From Octopus sinensis (Eukaryota): a stretch of 37,241 nt of DNA. This document shows, in pieces, positions 10,880 to 21,754 of the stretch (position 1 is the stretch's first letter; each line of letters starts with the position of its first letter). A program made the translations under genes and the position numbers. Under the pieces are notes generated by a model that was given only the letters and a program-made list of their open reading frames with translations, was not told the origin of the DNA and did no database searches. Where the stretch lies: the NCBI RefSeq assembly GCF_006345805.1, contig NW_021832900.1, positions 1 through 37,241 on the forward strand. Direction: 5' to 3'.

Positions 10880-11360
10880 AGTTAATCCAAACAAGAAAAC
10901 AAAAAGACAACAACGCAAGGATGTGGAACAAATAAAGTATTATTGGACGCTCAGGAAAGAAGGGAAGAAGGAGGCTTTGACGTTTCGAGCGGAGCTCTTC
11001 GTCGGAAACATAGGAAAAAGAAAGATCCCGAGACGGGAGGACAGACGAAAAATTGCAGGTAGTATTCACGAGGTCACATACTAAAAAGACGGAAGTGGTA
11101 AAAAAGGAGGAAAATGTTTTTAAAAACAAGAGAGCTGAATCAAATAAGGAATGGTAAAAAAGGTGTGCGAGATGACAAGGGTGTGTGTGGGTGTGTGTGT
11201 GGGTGTGTGCGTGTGTGTGTATGTGTGTGTATGGTGGACAAGACATGTATATATGTACATAGATACACAAATACATAACACCGATATATGCATAATCAGT
11301 ATAATTATCATATATAACTTATACTTCATGTACCTACTCAGGACCACACATCATAAAGTT
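10880..11360 (-). mobile_element. Probable PLE 3' end (pseudo-LTR-like) carrying a hammerhead motif
   Basis: Contains the 10976-11008 motif and TTCCTGAGCG.C.A.TAATAC...TTCCAC, related to the 29963 family. It ends at (TA)n. The upstream boundary is uncertain. Confidence 0.6.
10976..11008 (-). ncRNA. Minimal type I hammerhead-like motif (CCGACGA core)
   Basis: ttt-CCGACGA-a-gagc(tcc)gctc-GAAA-cg-TC-aaa: 4-bp stem II, 3-bp stem I, palindromic ACGT stem III and a GUC triplet. Confidence 0.65.
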
Positions 11361-11513
11361 TATATTGTAAATACTAAGACAGTAAAAGCCTACATATACG
11401 AGGGTGAGTTAGAAAGTATAGCAATTTAGATTTGCATTACTTTCTAAATCAGCTTCGTACTGTATTATGTTGAACATATATTAAAAACACGTAATTAAAT
11501 ATATATATATACA

Positions 11514-11912
11514 CTAGCAGTATCGCCCGGCGTTGCTCGGGTTTGTAAGGGAAATAACTATATAAGCATTTTTAGAGAGTTATAGCCAAAAAATAGCAAA
11601 AAAATGCATTAAAAATGGAAAAAAAATGATGGTAAATTTTTTTTAAATCGTTGACTCATCGTAGACATTTTTAGAGAGCTACTTCCCTTGTATAATAGCG
11701 AAAAAATGCATTAAAATGGAAAAAATTATGGTAATTTTTTAAAAATCGTAGACTCTCTCGTCGACGCGCGCGCGCTAATACCCAGAAGGGCTCGATATGA
11801 ATCACGACGATAAGATACCCGGTTTTTGGTTAAACTGCACCGCAAAATGTGGGAGTAGTTAGGAATCTAAATCGTAGGAGACAGACACACAACTTCACTT
11901 TTATATATAAAG
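11514..11912 (-). mobile_element. Non-autonomous Helitron (399 bp)
   Basis: On the minus strand it begins A|TCTTATATATAAAAG and ends CCCGAGCAACGCCGGG (hairpin)-CGATACTG-CTAG|T, which are canonical Helitron termini with an AT target. Confidence 0.85.
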
Positions 11913-12156
11913 ATGTATGTATGTGTACATATATACACACATATACATACATATATATATATATATGTGCATATATAAGGATATATACAAGGATACACAT
12001 ACATATATATGTGTGTGTATGTGTGTGTGTGTGATTGCTTGTATGTGTGTGTGTGTGTATTTATATATATCGTACATAGTCTTTTCAAATATTACATACA
12101 ATTTTCTGTCTTCAACCGATACATTCTGGTCATATTTACTGATAACAATATTCCGA

Positions 12157-12157
<1 letters not shown>

Positions 12158-12234
<77 letters not shown>

Positions 12235-12240
12235 AGAGAG
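12158..12240. repeat. Compound (GT)n(GA)n microsatellite
   Basis: Direct inspection. Confidence 0.95.
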
Positions 12241-12483
12241 AGCGAGTGAGAGAGCGAATGAGAGAAACAAGAACAATGTCCAAAGATGTTAGTAAAAAAT
12301 ACAAAGATAAGCAAAAAAACAACGGTCGTAACAAAAAAAAACTCCCATTTTCAATCCCGAATACCATTCTTCTAATTACTTCCGGAATATTTCGTGTAAA
12401 GAATTTTCGAGACGTTTTTTTTTTCGGAGAATGGGGGAAATAAGTGGATTTTTTTGAAAATTTTAATTGCATCTATATACACA

Positions 12484-12534
<51 letters not shown>

Positions 12535-12888
12535 ACACATATATATATACATGTATATATATATACACATATATCTCTTATTATAAAAGGCAGATTTTAT
12601 CTGCCTCCCTTTGGGAGTTATACAAATCTACAATATAGGATTTCTTCAATTACAATTTACCTAGCAATTTTAAGAGTACAATGCATCGCGTCATGCCAGG
12701 TCCAGTTTTTAAAATTTAAACTCCAATTAAGCAAAATTTACAGAAAACTCACATTCTGGTGTGTGTGTCAAATGCTTTTCTTAGTCTGGTTTACACCACA
12801 CGCAAACGCACACACACACAAAGGGAGCGAATTGTTTCACTGACGCTATCACCTTCTCCTCCTTTGTCTTTGCAAGTGGAGCTATTAA

Positions 12889-13205
12889 AGTGAAAACAGT
12901 GAATCCGACAGCGATAAAGAAAACGAATTGGTACCTGAATGGAGTGAAAATTTAAAAACTGTTTCTTTCGGTGAGTTTTCTGAAGAAACTGGACCAAGCC
13001 ACAGACTTTCCCAGAAGAGTAAAGCCTTAGACTATTTCTATTTTACTTTTTCGAATGAGCCTATTTGAAATCATTACGCTAAACGTAAACAAACCGAAAG
13101 AAAGGATAGTTTGTTATTTCCCACAATCTTAAATGAAATTAAGGCCTATTTTGCCATAAATATTATTATGGGTATCAGAAAGTTACCCAGAATAACAAAT
13201 TCTAT
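12889..13205 (+). pseudogene. piggyBac-type (PGBD4-like, DDE_Tnp_1_7) transposase N-terminal fragment, frameshifted
   Basis: SENSESDSDKENELVPEWSENLKTVSFGEFSEETGP...ALDYFYF / LFEIIT / FPTILNEIKAYFAINIIMGIRKLPRITN. The EIKA(Y/F)F.I.I.MGI.KLP pattern is characteristic of piggyBac transposases. Confidence 0.8.
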
Positions 13206-14006
13206 TGTAAAATTTTGTTGTATACCCAATTGAATATTAGCTAATAACCCATTTTCTATAGCGATGTTTGAACAAAATTTTAATAATTTTATTAACAGAA
13301 AATTACCCAAATAACAAATTCTATCGTAAAATTTTGTTGTATACGCAATTGAATATTAGCTAATAACCCATTTTCTTAGCGATTTTGAACAAAATTTTAA
13401 TAATTTTACAGAAAATTACCCAGAATGAACAAATCATCGTAAAATTTTGTTGTATACGCAATTGAATATTACTAATAACCCATTTTCTATCGATGTTTGA
13501 ACAAAATTTTAATAATTTTACAGAAAATTACCCAGAATAACAAATTCTATCGTAAAATTTTGTTGTATACCTTGAAATTAGCTAATAACCCATTTTCTAT
13601 AGCGATGGTTGAACAAAATTTTAATAATTTTACAGAAAATTACCCAGAATAACAAATTCTATCGTTAAAATTTTGTTGTATACCCAATTGAATTTAGCTA
13701 ATAACCCATTTTCTATATAGCGATGTTTGAACAAAATTTTAATAACTTTACAGAATTTACCCAGAATAACAAATTCTTCTAATCGTAACTTTTGTTGTAT
13801 ACCCAAGTGAATATTAGCTAATAACCTTTTTCTATAGCGATGTTTGAACAAAATTTTAATACTTTACAGAAAGTTACCCAGAATAAAAATTCTATCGTAA
13901 AATTTTGTGTTGTATCCCCAATTGAATATTAGCTAATAACCCATTTTCTATAGCGATGTTTGAACAAAATTTTAATATTTTACAGAAAGTTACCCAGAAT
14001 AACAAA
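13176..14006 (+). repeat. ~115-bp tandem array, 7 full units + 1 partial
   Basis: Units start CAGAAA.TTACCCAGAAT at 13176, 13296, 13409, 13521, 13633, 13751, 13867 and 13983. Confidence 0.95.
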
Positions 14007-14282
14007 CGAGCCCTCTGGTATTAGCGCGCGTCTACGATGATCTACGATTAAAAAAAAATTTACCATCAGATTTTTCCATTTTAATGCATTTTTTTCGCTT
14101 TTATATAAGGGAAGTAACTCTCTAAAAAATATCTACGATGTGTCAACGATTTAAGAAAATTTACTTAATTTTTTTTCAATTTTTAATGCATTTTTTTTTG
14201 CTACTTTTTGGCTATAACTCTCTAAAAATGCTTATTAGTTATTTCCCTTACAACCCGAGCAACGCCGGGCGATACTGCTAGT

Positions 14283-14310
14283 ATGTATATATATATATAT
14301 AAGTATAAAT

Positions 14311-14341
<31 letters not shown>

Positions 14342-14489
14342 GCATATATATATATTTGTGTATGCATGTATATATATAGATGTATGTATATATATAATAT
14401 ATATATATATATATAATGTACATATGTATCTATATGTATATACATACACACATTCATATTGTATATATATATATATATATATATCTATA

Positions 14490-14525
<36 letters not shown>
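14283..14525. repeat. (TA)n-rich low-complexity tract
   Basis: Direct inspection. Confidence 0.9.
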
Positions 14526-14529
<4 letters not shown>

Positions 14530-14760
14530 GTAATTTTATAATATTTTATTTGATGGCATGTAGCGCTTACGGGCAACTTGTCCCCCGCCGAGACATTTTC
14601 AGCAGGGAATATTAAAAAAAAACAAGAAAAAAACAAGAATCTTTATTATATTTTAGCATTTAATGTATGCTGATATATTTAACTACAATATAGCACAAAG
14701 GAAGAAATAAAAAAAATAAAATAATTGGTCAAAATATGCAACTAGCACAACGAGACAAAT

Positions 14761-14761
<1 letters not shown>

Positions 14762-14815
<54 letters not shown>

Positions 14816-15094
14816 TAATAATAATAACGATAATAATGAGGATAATAATAATAATAATAATAGTAATAATAATGATAATAATAATAACGATAATAATGAG
14901 GATAATATAATAATATAATAATAATAATAATAATAATAATAGTATAATAATGATAATAATAATAACGATTAATGAGGCTAATAATAATAATAATAATAAT
15001 AATTAATAGTAATATAATTATATAATAATATCAACGATAATAATGAATGATGATGATAATAATACAACGATAATAATGATGATGATGATAAGAT

Positions 15095-15125
<31 letters not shown>

Positions 15126-15136
15126 TAATAATAGTA

Positions 15137-15168
<32 letters not shown>

Positions 15169-15224
15169 TAATAATAATAATAATAGTAATAATAATAATA
15201 ACAATAATAATAGTAATAATAATA

Positions 15225-15280
<56 letters not shown>
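14762..15280. repeat. Long (AAT)n microsatellite
   Basis: About 520 bp of AAT with interruptions. It is the source of the poly-N/Y/L/I ORFs. Confidence 0.97.
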
Positions 15281-15281
<1 letters not shown>

Positions 15282-15559
15282 GCAAGACTGTAGTAATTTA
15301 CCAGGAGAAAACGAAAGTAACCTAGTTATGAGACAAAATGTTTTAAAAGAAATTTCCAATAAAGGCGAAAATAGCGGTAAATCGGGAAATAAGACAAAAA
15401 CAGCCATTTACTTGGGGGGGAAAAATCTTACACTCTACAAGAATCTACAGAAATAAAACATCGCGAAAGGAGAAAATAGCATCAGCTGTAACACAGTAGA
15501 AATCATTTTTTAAGGAGAAAACAAGTTACCAGTAATGTACAGTATAAAGAAAAGCACTT

Positions 15560-15755
15560 TATAATATATATATATATGTGTGTGTGTGTGTATATATATT
15601 TATATATACATATATATATCTATGTTCATGTATGTATATACAGATTTATATATATATATACATATACATATATATATAGGCACATACGTAAATATACATT
15701 ATATAGTATCTATGCATATATATATGCACACGTGTATATGCATATTTATAAACAT

Positions 15756-15787
<32 letters not shown>

Positions 15788-16040
15788 GCACACATGTGTA
15801 TATGCATATTTATAAACACACACACACACGTGCATATATATATATATATAGAGACATACATATATATATATTATAAAGTATATATGCATATATATATTAT
15901 ATATATATACATGTGTATATGCATATTTATATACATATGTATATATGTATACGATATATGCATACACATGCATATGTATACATAATATAATATATACACA
16001 CACACAAACACACACACGTATATACGTAGATACATATATT
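15560..16040. repeat. TA/CA compound low-complexity tract
   Basis: Direct inspection. Confidence 0.9.
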
Positions 16041-16238
16041 AATGCCTGTTTTTATGCAGTAATGAACATTGTTTTGCGTTAAATTGAAGGATAACTAAAG
16101 ACATTTGGTACAGGAAAAATTTATTATCTTTTAACAATAATAGTGTCGACTGTGAGTTCGAAGTTTCGGCGAACAGAGCCATCTTTCATATATAGATAAA
16201 ACAGTGTTGTGTAGCAACAATTTTAATTTTTTTATATA

Positions 16239-16450
16239 TCTTACTTGTTTCAGGCATAAGACTGCAGCCACATAAGAGCGTCGCCTTGAAGAATTTTAGT
16301 AGAACTTATCGACTTCCATACTTACTATTTTATATTTTCGAGATTTGGATTGTTCTCAGTTCTACGGTAATGAAAGGCCTCATCAAATTCATTCTTTTAT
16401 TTGTTTCAATCATTGGACAACAGCCATGCCTTAGAGGCGTTGAAGAAAAA
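16239..16450 (-). mobile_element. Two degenerate S2 SINE 3'-tail fragments
   Basis: CTT(A/T)...TTGTTTCA...GAC..CAGCCA at ~16240 and ~16395 resembles the reverse S2 tail at 1555-1600. Confidence 0.5.
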
Positions 16451-17026
16451 AACTAGCACAATTTGGAGAATCTCTTATGAGACTATTTCCACAGCGAAAG
16501 GTCTTCTTACGTCCAAATGTGCACGAACGTGCTGAACGTGATGGTGCTTGCCCGTATTTCAATCGACACTGCCTCGTGCACTTCTAGATACTATAAATGT
16601 TTTTAAGACCGAGGAAACTACATGACGACTTTTGCTTTAGCATCATATCGCTAGTATTTGAAACTACACCAGGTGAAAATGTTTCAATCCAACACACACA
16701 TATCGTGTATATCTCTCTATCTTATCAATCAATCAATCTAACTGTCTATCTGTCCGTCTCCTTGCCTGTCTGTTTATCAATCTATTTGTCTGCGTGTCCA
16801 TCTGAATATATATATATATATATACTTTATAATCAGGGTTCAGCAAAGATTTGCTTCACCACATACCGAAGTTTAGAAATAGCAGTCAAAAATTCTTAGC
16901 TATTCCTTCTACTCACAATGAAATGGTCTTTTTCATGCCGAATTCTACTTGGTGAAATTACTGATTATTACTTAATTAATTAATTTTACCCTTTGTTATT
17001 ATATATATATATATATATATATATAT

Positions 17027-17318
17027 CACATGATCACGTGACCGACCAGACCATCAGATGTTGTTACACATCGCTGGTCACAATGCGTTCGCATCGTTTT
17101 AGCCTTTGAATGACGCCACCCCGCTGGCTAAGCGAGCAGGCCAACAGAAGAAAGAGTGGTGAAAGAGTACAGCAGGGCTCACCACCACCTGCCGGAGCGT
17201 CGTGGAGGTTTTAGGTGTTTTCGCTCAATAAACACTCACAACGCCCGGTCTGGGAATCGAAACCGCGATCCTACAACCGCGAGTCCACTGCCCTATGCCC
17301 TAACCACTGGGCTATTGC

Positions 17319-17321
<3 letters not shown>
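17027..17321 (-). mobile_element. tRNA-derived SINE (S1-related), full length
   Basis: Minus-strand head GGCGCAATAGCCCAGTGGTTAGGGCA(TAGGGCA)GTGGACTC...GGTTTCGATTCCC has A and B boxes and a 7-nt internal duplication. Confidence 0.88.
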
Positions 17322-17363
<42 letters not shown>

Positions 17364-17427
17364 ATATATATATATATCTTATATTATATATATAATATAT
17401 ATATATATATATCTATATACTATATAT

Positions 17428-17580
17428 AAATTTAACAATTAAGGATAACTTCTTAATAAGGAATCTTAACAAGAAATTATCAGGTAGTTAGCGTGAAAAA
17501 GTTAAATTTTGGTAGTAATGACTTATGTCCCTCTTAGCGTGAGGCATTTATGTGTAATAATGCCCTCTATACAAAATATA
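17428..17580. repeat. Second, non-palindromic copy of the 2959-3198 repeat family, between (TA)n tracts
   Basis: 17428-17499 is the reverse complement of 3127-3198, and 17526-17580 is the reverse complement of the 2959-3011 arm. Confidence 0.88.
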
Positions 17581-17619
17581 TATATATATTCACATGCATA
17601 TATGTATGTGTGTAAGTAT

Positions 17620-17815
17620 CTTTGTCTTTGTTCCTTCGATATCGCTTGGCAACAAGTGCTGGTTCGCTTCTGCCTCCATGACTTACTGGTTCGGCAAAAG
17701 CCATGTACCAGACTGGAAAAAATAATTACTGGGGAAAACTCCTTCGACTAAATTCTTCAAAGCAGTGGCCCCCAGAATGGTCATAGAACCCTGACAGAAA
17801 CAAACGAAAGTTAAA
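17620..17815 (+). mobile_element. Degenerate S2 SINE 3' half
   Basis: ATCGCTTG.CAAC...GGTTCGGCAAAAG...TCGACTAAA...TGAC.GAAACAA, colinear with 2450-2630. Confidence 0.6.
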
Positions 17816-18105
17816 TAACAGTTGGTCAAATTCCTCAAGTCGCTTCTTTTAAAAAATTAATATAAGTAATGTACAGAAGCCATCGTCTTTATGCTATATC
17901 AGGCGGCGAGAAAATAAAGTATGAGACACAAATAAAGAAAGAGACAGAGACAAAAAGAGATAAAAGACACTTGCCTGCCTCTCTTTGTTTTCGTCTTCCA
18001 TTTCTGTCTTACTCAGTTCTCATTTCTGACTGAATTTTGAATGAACACAATATCTTGAAATAACTTGTGTGTGTGTACGTACACATATATGGTGTATATA
18101 TCTAC

Positions 18106-18149
<44 letters not shown>

Positions 18150-18275
18150 CTATATATATATATATATATATATGTATATTGATATGTGCCTATGTACATG
18201 TATATATATAAATGTATAGATATAATATATGTATATTTAATATGTAACGTAATGAATTAGCTATCTGTTATTTGT

Positions 18276-18310
18276 ATACTGATGAAGCACAATGATGCGG
18301 AAACGGTCTT
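18276..18310 (+). ncRNA. Degenerate hammerhead-like motif
   Basis: CTGATGA-a-gca(caatga)tgc-g-GAAA-cgg-TC. The core and GUC triplet are canonical, but stem I is essentially absent. Confidence 0.35.
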
Positions 18311-18566
18311 TTTATAGATAAGGAGATAAAGAAAAAGAAATAAAATATAATATTTAATAAATTAATATTTAATTGCGAAAATAGAATTTTTGTATCACTT
18401 GATAATGGATATATTTGCGTGTGTGTATGTATGTATGTGTGTGTGTATAGTTATATATATATATATATATAATATATATATATATGCGTATCTATATGTA
18501 TCTCTCTCCCCTCTCTCGCGCTCTCTCTCTATATAGTTTTATATATATAAGATATATATCAGATAT

Positions 18567-18597
<31 letters not shown>

Positions 18598-18691
18598 TAT
18601 ATATATCGAATACTGCGGTATTGGCCTTGAGAGTTCCTCCTCTCTTGATGCACGGTGCTAATAGGAGAGATATATGTGTGGGCCCGGAACG

Positions 18692-18733
18692 GCTTGATCG
18701 CGTGATTTCAGCGTACTGCACTTCTTCAAAGGC
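18692..18733 (-). ncRNA. Type I hammerhead-like motif with three stems
   Basis: gcct-TTGAAGA-agtg(cagta)cgct-GAAA-tc(acgc)ga-TC-aagc. Stem II is 4 bp (one G.U), stem III is 3 bp with a 4-nt loop, stem I pairs 3 of 4, and the triplet is AUC. Confidence 0.6.
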
Positions 18734-18821
18734 AGGCGTCCAACACTGTATACCGGCTAAATTCAACTCCCAACAATATATAGAATATTAGTTGCTTGCC
18801 AGTCATTGGGGTTCTTTTAAT

Positions 18822-19335
18822 ACGGAAACTGAAAGAAGCCCGTTGTATGTATGTATGTATACGTATAGACTCGTGACTTAGTACTTAATCGGCTTCCGAT
18901 CGCAAAGTCCTGAGTTCAATTCCTGGTAGTGCGCTGTGTCCTTGAGCAAGACACTTTATTTCATTTGCAGGTACTAATTAATAGTACCTGTATTTTAAAG
19001 AGCCAGCCTTGTCACACTGTGTCACGCTGACTCTTACCTAAGAACTACGTTAAGGGTACACGTGACTGTGGAGTACTCAGTCACATGCACGTTGAGTTCA
19101 CGAGCAGGCTGTTCCGTTGATTGGATCAACTGGAACCCTTGTCGTCGTAATCGACGGAGTGCCAATCACATACATACATACATGTGTGTTTGGAACTCCG
19201 TAACTTGGCGGTTTGGCAAAAGAGAGCGATAGAATAGAACCGGGTTTAACTATAAGCCGATTCATTCGATGAAAATTGCTGAAGCTGTTGCCCCTGCATG
19301 GGCGCAGTCTAACGATTGAAACAAGTTAGAGACAA
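18822..19335 (+). mobile_element. Degenerate S2 SINE split by a nested S1-type SINE
   Basis: ACGGAAACTGAAAGAAGCCCG at 18822; the S2 3' half (CCGTAACTT.GCGGTT.GGCAAAAGAG) resumes at ~19195. Confidence 0.6.
18866..19164 (+). mobile_element. S1-type SINE
   Basis: GAGTTCAATTCC B box, GTGTCCTTGAGCAAGACAC and a 3' body ending GACGGAGTGCC, colinear with 33360-33631. Confidence 0.8.
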
Positions 19336-19400
19336 GCGATAACAGATGTAGGATGAAGAGGCATAGAGACGTGGAGGTTGCATCTATACATCTTGTAATT

Positions 19401-19626
19401 GCGAGCTGGCAGAAACGATAGCACGTCGGGCGAAATGCGTAGCTGTATTTCGTCTGTCGATACGTTCCGAGTTCAAATTCCGCCGAGGTCGACTTTGCCT
19501 TTTATCCTTTCGGGGTCGATAAATAAAGTACCAGTTACGCACTGGGGTCGATGTAGTAGACTTAATCCGTTTGTCTGTCTTTGTTTGTCCCTTCTGTGTT
19601 TAGCTCCTTGTGGGCAATATAAGAAA
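19401..19626 (+). mobile_element. SINE, group S3
   Basis: Colinear with the 5408 copy. Confidence 0.9.
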
Positions 19627-20134
19627 ATAACCATCTGTAATTGATGGCTTTGATTACGGCTCACAGGGGTCACCTGTGAGCATTGTCTGTGTTGGTCACA
19701 TGCTATGCAAGTGAAAGATAGAAAAAAAATTTATATTGCACCACACGCTGCATCATCATCATCATGAGCAGCAGCACAGTGAGACGACAACCAAATTCCG
19801 AGTTCAAATTCCGCCGAGGTCGACTTTGCCTTTCATCCTTTCGGGGTCGATAAATAAAGTACCAGTTACGCACTGGGGTCGATGTAGTAGACTTAATCCG
19901 TTTGTCTGTCTTTGTTTGTCCCCTCTGTGTTTAGCTCCTTGTGGGCAATAAAGAAATACATACGTCTGGTAATTGATGGCTTTGATTACGGCTCACAGGG
20001 GTCACCTGTGAGCATTGTCTGTGTTGGTCACATGCTATGCAAGTGAAAGATATAAAAAAAAAATTAATATTGCACCACACGCTGCATCATCATCATCCTC
20101 ATCAGCAGCAGTAGAACAGTGAGTCGACAATCAA
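19465..20134 (+). repeat. Recent tandem duplication, period 331 bp (partial S3 SINE + flank)
   Basis: 19465-19795 and 19796-~20134 are near identical. Confidence 0.93.
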
Positions 20135-20439
20135 TACTATAATGACAACAACAACAACAACAACAGCAGGAGTAACAACAACAGCGACATTGATGTATGG
20201 TCTGCGTTAGACAGTGATGTATAGGTTGTGTAAATGAACGTATATAACCTACATTTCCCAGCATGCAACTCGTCTTCTGCCACCATCGCCTTTCGCTACG
20301 ACCACGTCTCCGATCGATCTTATAACAAAGTATCATTTATAGACAATATCACAGTAATCTCAAACCTTTCTTTGTCATTTATCCCCCCTTGGTTTGCTAT
20401 ATATATATATCACTATTTATTTCATAATACTCATGTCTA

Positions 20440-20545
20440 TAGAATGAATATATATATATACATATATATATATACACACACTATATATATATACACATAT
20501 ATATATATATACATACATATATATAACATACATATATACATACAC

Positions 20546-20598
<53 letters not shown>

Positions 20599-20708
20599 CA
20601 TACATATATACATATATATACACATATATATATATAACACATATATATATATACACATCTATATTACACATATATATACATACATATATATACACAGATA
20701 TAGAATAC

Positions 20709-20753
<45 letters not shown>

Positions 20754-20755
20754 CA
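20440..20755. repeat. TA/CA compound microsatellite
   Basis: Direct inspection. Confidence 0.93.
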
Positions 20756-20995
20756 TAGTTTGTATAATGATTGAGAAAAAAAAAGGAAAAAAGAAAGCAG
20801 GATGGAGTAACTTTATTAAGATTTAGAATGGCGGGTTGGCAGAATCGTTAAGAGCGTCGAACAAATTGTCTTGTTTTCTTCAGCTCTTTTACTGCGGAAA
20901 TCAGAAATAATCTATTCAAAATTCCATTACCCTTAACTGCAGGAAATACTTTTATATACCAAGCTATATTTTGTTGAGGAATGTCATGTTTTAAC

Positions 20996-21440
20996 TTTTT
21001 ACCTCCGCATTAGCGAAGGTGGAGGTATTGTTTTCAGTTGTGTTTGTTTGTGTGTTTGACCGGGGACAATATATCTCAAGAACCACTGAATGGATTCGAA
21101 TGAAATTTTCAGGGATGTTTGGCCTCGCTACTGGCGCAAACACATTAGATTTTGGAATCGATGCGGTACCGGACAATGATTCTGGATTATTTTTCCTGTG
21201 TTTTTTTTACTTAATTTTTGAAAGCGGTCGGGTTAATTTTTAGTACTCTAGTTTGTGGAGCAGTTTATTTCAGATATTCTCATTTTAAAAATCATCTCTG
21301 GCTGAGAGGATGTTGGAGTTGCCTTGGCGGAGGTTTGTGCTCTCAGATATTCTCATTTTAAAAACCACCTCTGGCTAATCGTTGAGAGGACATTGGTGGT
21401 GCCTTGGCGGAGGTTTGCACCCTCTGATTGCTCTTCTTTT
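20996..21440 (+). mobile_element. Helentron-associated non-autonomous element (HINE/DINE-like)
   Basis: It has T-rich ends, a terminal hairpin ACCTCC...GGAGGT (21001-21026), a GTTT microsatellite, and subterminal inverted repeats ACCTCCGC / GCGGAGGT (21327-21334 and 21407-21414). Confidence 0.7.
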
Positions 21441-21505
21441 GTTTTGAGACTAAGATTCTTGGTTTCATTTTCTTAGCTTCATGCTCTTGCTTGATGGGAA
21501 TGGTG

Positions 21506-21710
21506 TCATCATGCGTAGAGGCGCCAGGTCCACCAGAGCCCTTCATCGCTATTGGTTCCATGCCAATCCCTCCGTATCCTTGAAGGTGACGTCGAGCCTC
21601 TGCAGATATTCCCCAATCACGTTCAGCGGGGCCTGCCACGAGGCCTCTTCCAAGCCTTGATAGAATGATCTTTGAGATTATGTCAGATGACTTGCGGGAA
21701 ATGCTAATTC
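21506..21710 (-). mobile_element. RTE-clade LINE 3' end
   Basis: Minus-strand frame KAWKRPRGRPR*T*LGNIC...W..RLYA* followed by TGATGA, matching the W.RPRGRPR.TW motif. Confidence 0.55.
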
Positions 21711-21754
21711 TAGTTTTTTTTTAGTAGATACTGGAATTGCCTCAAGATCTGGTG

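Larger units (their letters stand above)
12574..14281 (+). mobile_element. Non-autonomous Helitron (1708 bp) with captured transposase fragment and tandem array
   Basis: It begins A|TCTCTTATTATAAAAGG and ends with the same hairpin (14254-14269) and CTAG|T. 14006-14281 is the reverse complement of 11514-11794. Confidence 0.78.

Noticed and set aside
13176-14006. Regular array that might suggest CRISPR
   Set aside because: Whole units repeat with no unique spacers, the context is eukaryotic and there are no cas genes.
15283-15545. Unique-looking segment with a ~50-codon open frame (MRQNVLKEIS...)
   Set aside because: It has no recognisable motif or convincing splice sites. An exon cannot be excluded without RNA-seq.
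16158-16190. Minus-strand TGAAAGA-tggc/gcc-GAAACTTC trace
   Set aside because: The core is malformed, stem III cannot pair and there is no stem I.
21358-21639. 93-aa non-repetitive minus-strand ORF (MAGPAERDWG...)
   Set aside because: It overlaps an RTE 3' end in another frame and the HINE terminus.
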